Assembly: GCA_964036045.1 (NCBI GenBank)
Contig: OZ038378.1
Coordinates: forward strand, 176,514,001 to 176,578,000
DNA length: 64,000 nt
Direction of reading: 5' to 3'
Source: Eutreptiella sp. 'Long Island Sound 2002'
Taxonomy: Eukaryota; Protista; Euglenida
How positions within the stretch are numbered: the first letter of the stretch is position 1; every line of letters starts with the position of its first letter. The position numbers were made by a program, and so were the translations under genes. The notes beneath the pieces were generated by a model. That model ran no database searches and was not told the DNA's origin. It worked only from the letters and a program-made list of their open reading frames with translations. Below, in pieces: positions 25,480 through 39,071 of this stretch.

Positions 25480-25830
25480 TCGTTCTTAAACCTCAATGCA
25501 ATCCTCATATGTGCATAGGTTAAGGTGCTCTAGGTGTCCATGTGTGCCTTGGGTCACACAAATTGCCTGTGCTGGGCATATGGGTATGTCGGTACCGGCA
25601 ACAAAGGTTTCACAGGCTGTGCAAAGGAAGGCACTCTCCACCACAAACATTGTGAAGGCTGTGGCACAGAGGGCACACAGAGTAGTGAATTGGCACAAAA
25701 AGAATGCCAAAGCGTTGGGTTTGTGCTTGCCAGCTGCCAACGCATTAAAGTTCCGCAACACACAGAAAACACTGTTTTGTGCAGAATGGCAAAGCGGCTT
25801 GAGACTGGTCTGGGCTGGGAGGTTCCAAAT
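25480..25830 (+). mobile_element. hAT transposase remnant
   Basis: PWVTQIACAGHM...RVVNWHKKNAKAL...CAEWQSG resembles the hAT CxxH motif and the downstream TRW-S motif. Confidence 0.4.
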
Positions 25831-26318
25831 CAGCACGTGTTGCACATCAGTGGTACCCACCCGCCAACAAGTGATCCCGCGATGTGTTGTGATGGCCCAA
25901 ATCAACCAAACCATGAATAAGACCAGCAGTGCTCCAAGGTACCACGAATTGAACCCATGCCCACGTACATTCGTGCTTTGCAATCTACATGACTACAACC
26001 GAGCGGCCCAACTTCATGAAAACACAGGTAGTGAAAAAAGACGCAAAAAAAACACAAAATCAAAAAGGGAGTCACACGTCGTTTCAAAATACAAGTGGTG
26101 ATATTTTTTTTCTTCGGTAACCATAGTCCGCAAGTTGCGAAGCTGAGTGCACTGGTTACTATGTCAGCCCGAGTCACATAGCATCTTTGGGACAGGCCTA
26201 CCCCTCACAAAGAGAATTTAACAATTTAGGTGGTGTTCCTAAAGGTGAAATGCGCAGTTGAATTATACAAGAAAAAGACGACAATAAGACAGCAAAAGGA
26301 CAATAAAAACAAGGAGTG

Positions 26319-27417
26319 GTAGACAAAATACGTCTACCGGAACAGTAAGACTATTAAGGCTGGAACATTCCATACTGTTCCAGAAGACGCGAGAGTTGTT
26401 CCAGAAGACGTGATACGTCTACCGGAACAGTAAGACAAAAAGTTAGACGTAGGATCCACCTCTACCAACCAACTCCAGCCCAGACCCACCCACTATGTTA
26501 TATTGTGTTATCATATGTTATGTTATGTGTAACCATGTGCAAGAGACATGTGTAATGTGTGTTGTTTCGACATATGTATGTGTTTTCATGTGATTGATTC
26601 AACAAACCAGAAGCTGCAAGAACTCTAGCAGAATATTTTCTCACTGCTTCTGCCACCTGCTGACCGTCGGCATTGCTATCCTGTGATCCGTCATCCATGA
26701 TCCATCCCACAGTGTTCCAGACAATTTCGTTTGGTGGTCATCTGTTGAATTTTTTAGCGAAATATTGTTTTGCTGCAAGAAATCTACTTGGAGTTGGTAG
26801 GACTACTGAATTACTGAATCAAGGCACTGATTGTTGTTCACGCCGAATGGTCCCATTTTTGTTTTCAGTAGTTCATGATGCTTTAGCATGTTTTAAAGTG
26901 CATTTTTTCCATGCTGAGCTGAGTTACACACAGAGTAGCTCCCTCCAAAGCCAGTAGATCTTGGGAGAAGGTGCATCGATGTTTTGGAAAGTGGCATGAG
27001 GTAGTCCCAATATGCTACGGATTGCACACAGCACCCAAAGCACTCTGTTTTTGTGTATCTCCACAGCTCCGCAGTCCGCAGTCCGCAGAAATGAAAGCCG
27101 AAAAGTAAAAAAATGAAAATGTACAAAATAATTGTGTGGTAGTATATGATATAATAGTAATACAATAGTAATATATAATATAGCATAATGGTGCGTCTAG
27201 TGGAACTATCTGTTGCGTCTAACATTTTGTCATACTGTTCCGATAGACGTATTACATCTTTTGGAACAGTATAGACTGTTCCACAACGTCTAACTTTTTG
27301 TCTTACTGTTCCGGTAGACGTATCACGTCTTCTGAAACAACTCTCGCATCTTCTGGAACAGTATGGAATGTTCCAGCCTTAATAGTCTTACTGTTCCGGT
27401 AGACGTATTTTGTCTAC
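26319..27417. mobile_element. Non-autonomous TIR element (about 1.1 kb) with 132-bp near-perfect inverted repeats
   Basis: 26319-26450 is the reverse complement of 27286-27417, with very few mismatches. Each arm has two copies of CGTCTACCGGAACAGTAAGAC. The ends are compatible with a TA TSD (element 26322-27414). Confidence 0.88.
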
Positions 27418-30400
27418 ATGCCGTGCAAAAGCAACGGTTTTATTGTTTATGATTATGCTCTTGACCACTCCATACCATTGATCAGGATAAGCTGAGAGCA
27501 TTCTTGCTTGACACAAAAAAAGAAGCGTCACATGTAATATACAAAGAGCATTGCTTGTAGAGCTGCTGTCTTCCAAGGCACCTTGCAATAAGAACAATGA
27601 TTGTGTGATTTGTGAGGCAAATACCATATATAAAAAAAGGGGGCACTGATTGTGGACAATGTCCCTTACACGGAAATGAGTTCAGATAAACAACCGCTAT
27701 TGTGCCCGTGTCCTTTTTGTGCCCATCTACACGTTTGAAAACTTGATCGCTGCTTTATATGGGCAACTCCAACAAGTCGCCAAGTTATGGTATTGTTGTC
27801 AGCCGTCTTGCTTTCCGGTCGGCACAAAGGCTGCATTCGCAACTCGGCAGCCTTTTGCAGATGTCCGCTGTGATTGGTAAACTTCAAGCCACGACGTAGC
27901 GGAGCTTTGCACTTGGCTGGGCGTTGGTATTCCGGCGCCTTAAGCCACCGCAGCATTGCTATTGAGGAAGTGCACATGGTCACGTCTGTATCAACAACAC
28001 AACATGGAATGGATTGAAAAGCGAAAAAAAATCGGACCATGTAAACCACTATCAGCGCAATATCAATGTGCCATTTTGAAAAGCACGTGTTGGTTATGAT
28101 TTGGGCATGTGTCCCCTGCAGGCCCGTTCCCTGGTCATTTTCAGCGACACCGGTGTTGGCGTTGGATGAGACACATCAAAAGAGAATACCACAATTATGT
28201 TCCATAGGACTTTTGTCCATTTGTATATAATCACATTCTTCTGATCAATTTGTCACCTATCGGTATTGCCACCGCTAAAGTAGTGAGTCAAAAGAGCTGT
28301 CTTGCTGTCTCGTGGACTCGCGGATCCAACCAAAATTAGCTACGGCTACAAGCAAATATCCAGAAAGGGCGTTTTAACTTCTCGGTCTGGTTTAAATTCT
28401 TGCGCTGCTGGATTGCGGCACACCTAGTACCTAGTACCTACCCAAAAAACCAATACAACAACAGTAGAAGCGGATTTGGGCCAATCTGAACATAAGAAAA
28501 GATGGATGCTTGAGCAAAATGGCGCCCAAGGAGCAACGGGCTCCACATAAAGTCTGAGACATGCTTCAACAGAGCTTCAAAAACAGCCCCTGGGGAGCTA
28601 GAATCGGGAACAATCGCGGCTAGGGTGCCAATGAGTATCACCTCTTATTGTGCTTGTAGACGATGCTACTTTTGCTCCACCGTATTAGTGCACAAAACAA
28701 TTTGATGACGTAGTTTTCGCACAGTGCGGGTACGGTACACACTTTCCAAACCACAATGACGTAAATTCAAAGAAAATGAAGAACTTTGCAGTGTCTTCTG
28801 CATCCTGGAGCCACTGTTGCAATGACCAAACCAATGCGCAAAAAATCAGGGCCGCAAATTTTTCCAACGGTGAAATGAAACTACTCTATCAGACCCACAT
28901 TGCATGATTGTTTGGCTGACTCAGTGCATTTAAGTCCAGTGCTCAAGAGGCACTTGTTGGAGGTAGAAAGTCGATGTGCGCGTTACTGATTCCTTTGGAA
29001 CCACAGACTGAACTGATGGACTGGTGAACACAAACAGCAATGTCACAAAACCTACTGGGCCTACGGACGATTGAAAGGCATCTAGCATCCAAGTAGGAGT
29101 GGAGTGGAAGAGCGACACGGACAGGACATGAGTGCAGGCTGTGCCCCTTACCCCATTGTGGACAATCCACCCACCACCCTGGCCTGACCCTAAGCACTGC
29201 AAAGCAACAAAGCAGTGTTGATCCAATCATTTTGGACAGTGTTGATGAAAGCAAGCGTATGACAATACAAGAGCTACAAAATACAAGACCTTCATGTATG
29301 AACTCACAATTGGCACCACAGGGATGGCATGCTCTTTGCTGCTCTCCTGCCCCTTCCTCATTCTCCAAGAAATCACCATAAGCAACTGGGCCAATACCAA
29401 CTTGCAGCACATCTGGATGACTTCAAGACAGAGCTGAATAACAGAATGCACATTGCAAAGCAAGCCAAACAGGCATCCAATTGACATTGCAACGTGTACT
29501 GTGGTATTGTACATTCAACAGTACAATTCGGAGGACAAGTTTCAAGGCAACATGAGCAAATGAAATCCAGAACTCTTGCAATAGCAAACATCAGAACAAC
29601 AGATGATGAGTACAAAAATTATGAATCTGTCACAAGTGGTAAACCAGGGCCTGTGTGAAACAGCCCTTTCAGCAGAGCATGAAAGACCGGTTTCAGTTCA
29701 TGACATGCATTCCAATCTCCATTCGACCCCCTGATGTATCCTAATCCCATTGCAGTCCCCGCACAGGCTGTTGCCCCCCTAACAGCGCACAGGCATGGGT
29801 TCACACCCCCTCAGAAGGGCTGCAAAAAGCTAATTCAGGATGACGCATTCCCCCCCTGGAAACCATGGGCTACCGAGAAAAGGGAGGGAAAACCCCTGCC
29901 AGTGCAACCCCCCCCCCCCACTTTTGTAGACCACCCCCCTCACCTTTTGTGGACCTCCTCCTCTCCCCCCTCTGTGGAAAAAAAATGCCCTGTCACCTGA
30001 TCACAACCTCCACCCTCCCCAGATCTAGACGAAGAACCCCACACATGGTGCAAAACAAACCCCAGGGGGATTTTTTGTCCAAATCGGGGGGGGGCTGTAG
30101 CCGACCACACCCCGTGCTCCACTGAATGGACAGGGCTTGCCCTCATCAATCCACAAGAACTTTGGGCATGATGAACGGGTCTCATATGCCTACATTCAGA
30201 CTGTCTCAGATCAAAATGGAGAGAGTCATGAAGATTGTGCAGCGCCCACGGAGGAGAGAGGAGCGCCCCACACAGCGCCCATTATTGGAGTTTATTCAAC
30301 CTTTCCTGAACCGATGTCAGCACCACCCTCCAGTCTACTGCACCAAGCCCCGTCAGGGTCTGCAAGGAAGTGAGGAGTAACCTGGCCACAGAAAGCTTTT

Positions 30401-30653
30401 CACAGGCGAGAACCATACGCCTGATGCAAGAAAGTCTTGGCGTGCAATCAATGGAAACCCTATCATTTGTGGTGGTCATATGGACAGATGGCCCAACAAG
30501 GTCAGCAGCACAGATTTTTTTGTGTGTGGAGGATGCAGATTGACTGGCGTTCATCGACTTGCGCATTGGTTGAGGTGGGTGAAGTCCTGTGTGTTGGATG
30601 TACTGATGCAGGTTGCCAGGGGCGTATCAACGTGTCAAAACATGTAAGCACTG

Positions 30654-31054
30654 CAGGCATCGGCGTTGGCCGCAGCCGAATTAGCCAACTAACCGCAGAG
30701 GCAAAGAAAAATGGTAAAAATGGAAAATTGGGGGGAAATTGGGGAAATTGGGGGGAAATTGGGGAAATTGGGGGGAAATGGGGAAATGTCAGAAAGTGCC
30801 AAAAGTACCTAGTGGGAAATATAGAAAAAATGTGTGAAATTCGTAGGAAATCGGAGAAAAATCGGAGAAAAATGAGACAACTTGGGACAAATTTCCCATT
30901 TTTCCGTGTCCCATTTTCCCCATTATTCCACAGCCTTGCCACCTTTCCCTCAGGTGCCTTTGGTGAATTTTGCCAGCCGAACTGGCCGACTGGAAAAATA
31001 GAAAAATTCCGACTAGCCAACAATGGCGGATTTTTTGGCTAGCGCCGAGGCTTG
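30654..31054. repeat. Interspersed repeat family with GGGGAAATT-like arrays, copy 1
   Basis: Homologous to about 54495-54900, sharing GCAGCCRAATTAGC, TGTGTGAAATT, TTTCCCATTTTT and GCCGAACT. Imperfect inverted ends CAGGCATCGGCG / CGCCGAGGCTTG. Confidence 0.75.
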
Positions 31055-31378
31055 GCACTGCAGGAATGTATTGTGTCTCTTTCATTGCTGTGTATGGGGC
31101 ACTGCACACCGTTCAGACACACGGTGCATATGCGCATTGTGCCCATGACCGTTGTGCTCTTCTGCGTGCGGACATTGGGCGTGGGACATGAGGCCTGGGG
31201 GGAAGGGCGTCAGGCAGTCAGAAGGCACGGGCCACCCAACAAAAAGGGAGGCCTGGATTGCCATAGACCGTCAACGAAGGCAGTTGGAGGTGTCAAATGC
31301 CGTGGTTTTGATTTCTTCGTGAACCACGTCTTGGCCGTTGGCAGTGGCCAGGAATGCGAGAACAAAGGGTACGGGGCA

Positions 31379-32383
31379 TCAAGCGGAAGGAGAGGACTCG
31401 GACAGCGGACGCGGAGTTGCATCGCTCGATGTCACAAAAGGAAGTACATGGCTTGGCACACGCCCACTCCCCACAATCTCGAGCCGATCCTCATGCACAT
31501 CCACGTGAGCGTGGCACAATTCCTGACCCCCGCATGTCAGGGGCGAAGGGAAGGTCACGTGGTGGACCCCGGCAGCGTCCTGACTATACCCTCCGCTGTG
31601 GTCGTGCCCGCACAGGACCGCCACCACACACTCGCTTTCGTGGAGGATCGCAAGGGCCTCCTCGGCGTCGAAGCAAACGTTGCAGTAGTCGCCGGCGTTG
31701 GGGTGCAGCAGCACATGGCTCAGCACCAACACCCGGTCCTGCGCAGCGGCGGCGGACTGCACCTGCTCACGCAGCCACTCGCGCTGCCTGGCACCCAACG
31801 CCCCGTTGTAGGTTACCCACCGCCGTGCCGAGCCCTCGAGCCCCTGAAGCAGCCCACCGCCCTTCAGGACATCGTTTGGGTTGTGGCGCTGCAGCGCCTC
31901 CAGAGCCGCGGCATAGCCCACGGAGTCCGGGGAGTTGCCGATGATAGCTTCCTCGTACGGGTCCAGCACCAGCACCGTCCATCCCGGCACCGGGCGGAAG
32001 CAGTAGTACCCCGTCCCGCCGGGGCCACGTGCAGTGCGCAGGTGCCGGGCCAGGGTCGGGCGGTCGAAGTTGTACAAGTCGTGATTCCCGATGCAGTGGT
32101 ACACGTCGCACACACGGCACTGCCCGAAGAGGGCCATGACAGTCGCCATCGCGGCATCGCACTGCCGCAGCGCCGCGCATTGGCCGTCGAGCAGGTCGCC
32201 CAATTGGGCGACGAACTGCAGATCCGGCAGCGTGTTCCAGTGCTCCACCGCCTGAACGAGGCAGTCCAGGGCCCCGCGGTAGTGGCGCTTCTCGGTGCCG
32301 TCGAAATTCGTGCCATCCTCCGTGTCGCAGTATTGCACGTCCGAGATCACGCCAAAGCGCAACACTGGGGCGCATGCGGCCAT
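31379..32383 (-). CDS. ADPRM: Manganese-dependent ADP-ribose/CDP-alcohol diphosphatase (calcineurin-like metallophosphoesterase), intronless, 334 aa
   Basis: Motifs FGVISDVQY, QLGDLLDG, IGNHDLYNF, YNGALG, LSHV and LCGHDH are typical of ADPRM. Likely start is MAACAPVLRFG at 32383, downstream of an acceptor-like TTTGTGCAG. Confidence 0.92.
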   Translation of the reverse strand: MAACAPVLRFGVISDVQYCDTEDGTNFDGTEKRHYRGALDCLVQAVEHWNTLPDLQFVAQLGDLLDGQCAALRQCDAAMATVMALFGQCRVCDVYHCIGNHDLYNFDRPTLARHLRTARGPGGTGYYCFRPVPGWTVLVLDPYEEAIIGNSPDSVGYAAALEALQRHNPNDVLKGGGLLQGLEGSARRWVTYNGALGARQREWLREQVQSAAAAQDRVLVLSHVLLHPNAGDYCNVCFDAEEALAILHESECVVAVLCGHDHSGGYSQDAAGVHHVTFPSPLTCGGQELCHAHVDVHEDRLEIVGSGRVPSHVLPFVTSSDATPRPLSESSPSA

Positions 32384-35234
32384 GTGTCGACGGGGCACGA
32401 GGCCGAGATGACCTGCCCTGCACAAACACCGGAAGCGGGCACGCAGGTCTGCACATCGCCCCCACCCCCTCCACCCGTTGTCTACAGAGGCACTCCAGAA
32501 TGCTTGACAGAGCAGGCAGGGCAGGCACAGGGCGGTGCCGGCGTGAGGGGCTTGTGGCCATCCGGCGCGGGGGAGTCCCCATGCACGCCGGAGTGCGCAG
32601 ACACCTTGCGTGCCCCCATCTCTTGAGGTTCTCCTCGCTTTTAGTACCCCGCTATGCCTAAGGTAAGGCAAGAAGGCCACAGTGGTACTTTGTTGAGGAC
32701 CCAGAGCTCTCTTTGTTCCATAGAATGTGTGCCACGGGGGCCGCCGCCAGCCAATGTGTGACCCCGAGGGGTGTTCGACAGTTTGGGGGGCTGTAGGGGG
32801 GGGGGGGACCCCACCCCCCCTCCGAAGGGGGGGGGGGACCCCACCCCCCCCCTTCGTTGACCCAAACCCAGCACCTTTTCCGTCAGGCAACCCATCAGCC
32901 AAGGTCCGACCCGGAGGCCGGGTCGGGGTCAAAATCCTTTTTTGTGCTTTTCAGCCATTTTTGAATTCTCCACGAAATTCTGAGTATTTTGAGTACCAAC
33001 ACATAGGGTCGAACCAAAAAATTCCCCCTGCCGTATGCCTAAAACAAAATCTCCGGCGCCTCTGGCGCCGACAAAGCACATTGTTGCGTACGACAATTTT
33101 GGGGTCCGTAGAGGAGGGGGGGTGCCCCCCCCCCCCCTTTGGGGTCGGGTCCCGACCAGGATCGGCCCCCGTGATGTGTGCGGCCCCAAGACGGCACATG
33201 CTAACAAATTACTCGTTCGCGACTTGCGATACTATGGTGACGAGCAGCAATCAATGAGGCTGTTTGATGAGGCTGCCGGTTGTGCATGGACTTGGTGGGA
33301 CGCATCCGGATGGAGGGCTGGGTGGAAACACGTACCTGTCTGGGACCCTAAGCTCAATTGTTGTAACTTGGGCTCATGGTGCCGTCAGAGCAATTTCCAC
33401 ACGTTTGTTAGATCCCAATCATTACCGGCCCATCCCCCCCACACACCTTCCCCATTTCCCTGCATTGTTTCAAGCCCACCCTGTATAAAGCCCTTGTACA
33501 TGACTCCATGCGGACCCCTTCTTGCACCATTGGCTTGCAGCACTGATGTCAAGAGAAGCAAAAATGTGTGCCGATCTGTCAAACCTTGTGAGTGTTGTGC
33601 TGATGTCACGTCTTCTGTCTGTTTTAGTATGACCCCCTCTTAACCCACCTACACACCGGTGTGCGCATGTGTGTGGTGCATAGCAAAGGTGTTGTCGAAC
33701 AAGTGGAAGCGCAAAAAATATGGTGCAGGTCGTTAGAGGGACAACAACAACAACAACACCAACAATAACAACAACAACAACAACAACCATCGACATAGCT
33801 GCCCGGAAAAGGTGCCCAATCGGATATGACCCAAAAAGGTATGCAAAACAATGTACGCATATGGATTTCCGTAAAACTAAAAGTGCTTCGAAACTACTTC
33901 CTTTTGCAATAGGGGGCAAGCACCCGCACAACGACAAGAGCAACCACCAATCTTGTTGACCTTGAGTCCTTCACCTGCGACTTGCGAATTGCGATGACCT
34001 ATGTGCTTTATTTACCAAGCCTTTTTTTCACTCTCTTTCCTCCTTCACAAAGGGAAAAATTTTGAAATATGTTGGTAGCACAATCCTTCTTTCAACAACT
34101 TGACCACATCACATGTGCAAGCTCCAAATGAATTTTCCAAAAGCATCTCCATTGCATTTCAAACAGCTTTGAAATACAAAATTCCTAAATCCCAATGCCA
34201 ACATGACCAACTGTGTTTGTTATTTAGCATGGCACATGGGTGGAAAAAAGGCAAGCCGAAATCCCACATAAGCATGGCAAAGGCATGCATGGGGAGGAAA
34301 ACTTCGTAAGGGGGTAATTTCGGATGGGAAATTTCGTGTCTCAAAATAGCCGCAAAGTTTCCCATGCAAATCTGGGGGTCTTCACGAAATTTTCACAATT
34401 GTAGGTGCCAAGAATTTCTCCTCGGTGCTTTTATCACCTCTTAATCTGTGGGTCAGGGCTCTCTCATGCTGTGCACTTCTGCACATTGGCATGTATGCAC
34501 ACATTGACACGTACCTTTTGTTTAGCCCCTTCTCCATGGAACACTTGTTCGTTCGAAAAAGTACTCTGCAGAGTCAAGTGGAGCATTTGGTTGAGCCCTT
34601 GAAGGATGTTGCAGCCCAGAGGCGCTTTACCGTGAAGCTGAAGCGTGGTTTGTACAATGCCAAACCATGGTTTGGTTGGGATGACGAACAGAGGGGCGCA
34701 GCTGCTGAGCTCTATCAAGCTGTAGAGCTCCAAAAATGTCAGCTGCAATATGGGTTGTCATGTCTACTTGAATCCAATTTTTGTGATTGGGGTGTACAGT
34801 TTACTGTACAGAGTTACATAGCTCCAAAGGGACGTCTGAGGAAGATGAGTGACGTGGAGGCTAAGGTGGGGTCTAGGATGGCAAGCATGGCATTACCCTT
34901 GAGATGGTCCACCAAATTTCCTGCAGGTTTGTCATTGACCTCCCCAAAGATTCCTGCTATGAAATTTACCACCGCGGAATTGTCCCCATACAAAAATTTC
35001 TTTTTCTTTTTAGGGTATGACACATTCTGATCTTGGTGTTGATATCTTTGTTCGTGATGTATTTGCAACGAAAATTGACATAGTCTCATCTTATACTTAT
35101 CGACACAGCAAACAAACAAACATGAACACAAAGCAAAAACAAATAAACACTCACTATTTCACTTTTACAAAAACGACACAATCAACTACTCTCGGATCGC
35201 CATCTGAAGTTGCGTGCACATCCGGCTCTACTGA

Positions 35235-35951
35235 TCATGCATGAACTTCACAAAACGGACATTTCCAGGTTAAGGACGTACAATGAAACAAAGTAGGAAA
35301 ATTCGTGTGTGTTGGGCACCGGAGTATTTGTTTTGGGAAGCACTGATTTGGGAGAGAACCCAAAAGGTGGGCAACGTTATTGCATTCCCTTCTTAAGACC
35401 AAACTGAGGGTAGAGCCATAAGTTTGGGCTAAAATTAGGATCATATAAAGTTGGCAGACCAACGAATAGTGTTGAGAGGCTGTAGCCATTTTTGTGTAGT
35501 TGTGGGTGTGGATATTGTGCGAGGGGCTCAAGACCTCATGTGCCTCTGCACCATTTGCCCGAGAGAAATTTAGGTAGAATGACAAAAACTCACCTATTGA
35601 GCAATCAAAAATTCAGGAAATCATAGATGTAAGGGGGGCGTTTTCGCACAGCGCGCGCACAGCGCCAGCTATTACGGTGTCCCATATCTTAACATCGGCA
35701 CTAGTGCCGGGTAGGACAGGGCATATCCACAAAATGTTGCCCAAGTGGTTCACGGCCACGGCAATCTTCCACACACAACCCGCATACTTGGGGTTGAATA
35801 GCATATCGGAAAGAGCACCACCAATAGAACTGATTGGCATGGCATCAGTGAAATGGGTCACGAGATACGGGAAATAAGGGGGCGGTGAGTCGGCACTCGG
35901 GATGGCAAAGGAGATGGACTCAACTTTGCACTGCCGATTCACCACCTTCAC
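35235..35951 (-). mobile_element. Harbinger/ISL2EU-type (DDE_Tnp_4-like) transposase remnant
   Basis: TDAMPI...LFNPKYAGCVWKIAVAVNHLGNILWICPVLPGTSADVKIWD matches the DDE_Tnp_4 pattern K..h..K.....G.i......PG...D. The reading is fragmented. Confidence 0.6.
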
Positions 35952-36899
35952 CGCGTCTCAGAAATACTCCAAGTGGATTAATCCGTCGGGCGCAAACTCC
36001 ACCACTGTGGCAGGAACCCGCACCCCATTGGAGCGAGTGTAGAACACCCTATCTCCAACATTAAAGTCCATGGTGAATGCAATAGGGGGTGTGAGAAATG
36101 AGAGCAAAAGATGATGCCCCGCGGCAAACACCCTGAGAATGTATCACCATATACCGGCCTCAGGGTGCCCGTTTGCAAGGGTACATACACGCAAGAAGGG
36201 GGATGGTTGAAGCTACAAGGATACACAATGGCAATAGTACCCTGCGGCAATCCTACACCCAAAAAACTGCCTACCGGTGGTGGAGAATGGCCTACTTTTC
36301 GCACGGTACGCCCCCAAGGACTCCAAAAATCAAGAACACCAAAAGATTCTTTAACTGCAGAAACTGTAGAAATTCAAGCGGCAAGGGATCAAAAAATGCA
36401 TAAAATTCATAAATTTGGCAACAGATGTTTTAGGCTTGCCTTCTCCTCAACCATCAAATCTCACCCAACGCATATTGCAATCCGCAACCCTTTCCAAAGG
36501 GATGTGCGGCATTCCCAGAAAGATGACCTCACACCAAAGATAAACTATTTTCCTTGCATACCAACTATAGCCTAGGCATACAAATGGGGACGGCGTTATG
36601 ACCACTAAGCTTGAATACATGGAGGGATATAGGACCGTTCCAGTGGACTACAACGTGGTTTTGTCCTGGTGGGATATCCCCCGCCTGTCGCAATAGTTTG
36701 TTGCTACCCACTTTAAATGGTATGTTCACACTTTGGGTGTTTACAACGATTAGCTCTCCTTTTCTCATGCATGTCCATTGAGCTGGTTGCCCAAGCTCAA
36801 TGCAAAAATTCTATACCGTTGCTACTTGGACTGATTTGGTTGCCCAAAGCTCGAGGCAAAAATCCTATACTGAGCTAGTTGGAGTGATTTGGCATTCAA

Positions 36900-37260
36900 C
36901 TGGTTTGCAATCTCGACACCAGCCAGAAAAGAAATTGTTGAAGTCTGAAAATTGGAGTAGTAGTGACAACACAAATTGCAACAGGTTGCATGCTACTTCA
37001 ACAAAGTCTTTTGGAATGCTGGCATGTCAAATTGGGCACCTTGCATCTTTTTTTGAATGTGAGTGATTGCTTTCATCATTCAACTATGGATACGCCTTTG
37101 TACTGAATATGGTTGCTTTCAATTCAAGCAAAGAACCTGTATGATGATACTCACAATATTACTTTCCTTGTGTGCTGAAAGAGGACTCTTGGATATTTGC
37201 CAACACATTGCCCACTATGCACACTGGTCCATCCAGAGAAAATCAAGTAGCTAGAGTTGC
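36900..37260 (+). mobile_element. Possible MULE-like transposase/SWIM remnant
   Basis: YFNKVFWNAGMSNWAP and CAERGLLDICQHI (SWIM-like) occur in different frames with stops. Confidence 0.3.
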
Positions 37261-39071
37261 AATTGTCACGAGTCAACTTTGCCGCGAAACTCATGACCTT
37301 CTACGCAACTTCATGGAAACACCCGGCTAGTGTCACAAGCTTTGTGTTTTCCTTTACAAACAGATGAGGATGCTATGGCACCAAAAACAGTGTTCTTGGT
37401 GAAATACAACATCAAATTCAACAGGTAAGACGAAATTTTGCTGATGGAAAGGTCAATTACGTACTGGTATAATTGAAACGTGCTTCAAAATAGCATCTAC
37501 CAACCGCCACAGTTGCCACTTTATCCACTACGTCAGTGGCTAGCATGCAACAATAAACACTACCCTATGTGAAAATACTTTTTCCCTGAAAGCAAATTTA
37601 TCCAGAAACGGTTGTGTAAATGTTCCATGTTTAAGGTTCTCATTGAGAAATTAACAAAACTAGGATTTTGGGGGAAACAATGGCCGAGGCAGAATTAAAA
37701 TATTTTTTTCTTGCAAACCACTCATTTGTTTCGTGATTCGTCTAAATGCTTTGCTTGTTTTTGTTTGCAAAAAAATTTTGCTGCATACTCTAAGTAGGGT
37801 TCATGTGTGTCCATATGTTGTTGTTAGATTTCTTACAGATGGTGCCACATGTTGAGTCTGCGACATCATTGTCTATCATTTGTAATTTTTTTTACCATCT
37901 TGGTTGTACACTGAGGTTTAGTTTCAATGGGGATTTGTTGTTTGCAGGAGCAATGTCCAATAGCTGCACACAGCACATGTGGATCGTGGGCTCAAATTGA
38001 CTCATGTATTTCCACCAACACTGGGACCAAATCAAAAACAAAATTTTGAAAACTAGAATCCAGTAAAAGAAAAGGTCGTTGCATTGTTTAGTATTTTGTC
38101 GAGTTATAGACTGCTTATTAGGCACAAGGTTTACTCAAGTGAGCACAAGCAACACAGCACCAAATGTTCGTGTTCTTCACAATGAAAAAAGTTCTTTGAT
38201 GAAGATGATTGCAACTACAACAACGAAAAGATGCTTTGTACCAATGCAGGCCAAAAAAAAAGAAAATGGTGTCCAAACAGTACTACCGAAAACCGATGCT
38301 ACTTGCGCCCATTGAGACAATAGCTGGAAGCAATTAAATGCACCATGCCAAGCTGCCACTGTTCCTCTTGGTGGATATAATTTCTGGATGCAATAGACAC
38401 GGTGGCATTGCAGGTTGGTCTGGGTATGCTGCATACTGATGACCTTGGACAGGTGGACATGTGCTTGAGCTCAGAGACACTCTGCTACACAGGTGACTGA
38501 GAACCTGGAAGGTACTGAGCATGAATTCCAGTGATGTACAATGCAGCATAAGGACGAGATCAAATGCTCAAGGCTCAATAGGTTTACTGTTGCGTGGACA
38601 ACAACTTTGCTGTATGGTACAGAGCTAATACCCAGTGCAAATGACCGGGTAAGGCGGGTTGAGCACCACAGGATCTTTCCGTGGTGTCACAACACCGAGC
38701 GCATGGATGCAATGTGTGTTCAGAAGTGGGTACAGATTTTCTGATGATATGATATGACATGATAGCACCTTGGTTCAACCTGGTAACTTCAGTGCTGCCG
38801 GCCATTGGCAGCCAGCAGGCATCAATGCGATTTGCGCCAGCACTACCAGCATGCCCATAATGATCATGGCGATGATTTCCAAGATCCAGGGTCTTAAATG
38901 TGGCACTAAGCCACAACCTGTGCTGAGCCCAAATGCATTGCATAAGACACCTTGCCCATGATGACGATTTCCAAGCTCCAGGCTCTCAAACGCGGCACTA
39001 AGCCACAACCTGTGCTGAGCCCAAATGCATCGTACACGTCAAGGTGTGATTCAGCAGCAGCTGAAGATCTA

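Noticed and set aside
26680-26720. LAGLIDADG-like motif WIMDDGS inside the TIR element
   Set aside because: An isolated heptapeptide in a stop-riddled frame, with no second motif or supporting context.
12100-32383. ADP-ribosylation gene cluster (PARP-like fragment plus ADPRM)
   Set aside because: The two are about 19 kb apart, on opposite strands, and the PARP-like piece looks decayed. Proximity is probably coincidental.
31052-32626. 524-aa plus-strand ORF antisense to ADPRM
   Set aside because: Antisense shadow of the real gene; its 5' part runs through repeat-derived sequence.
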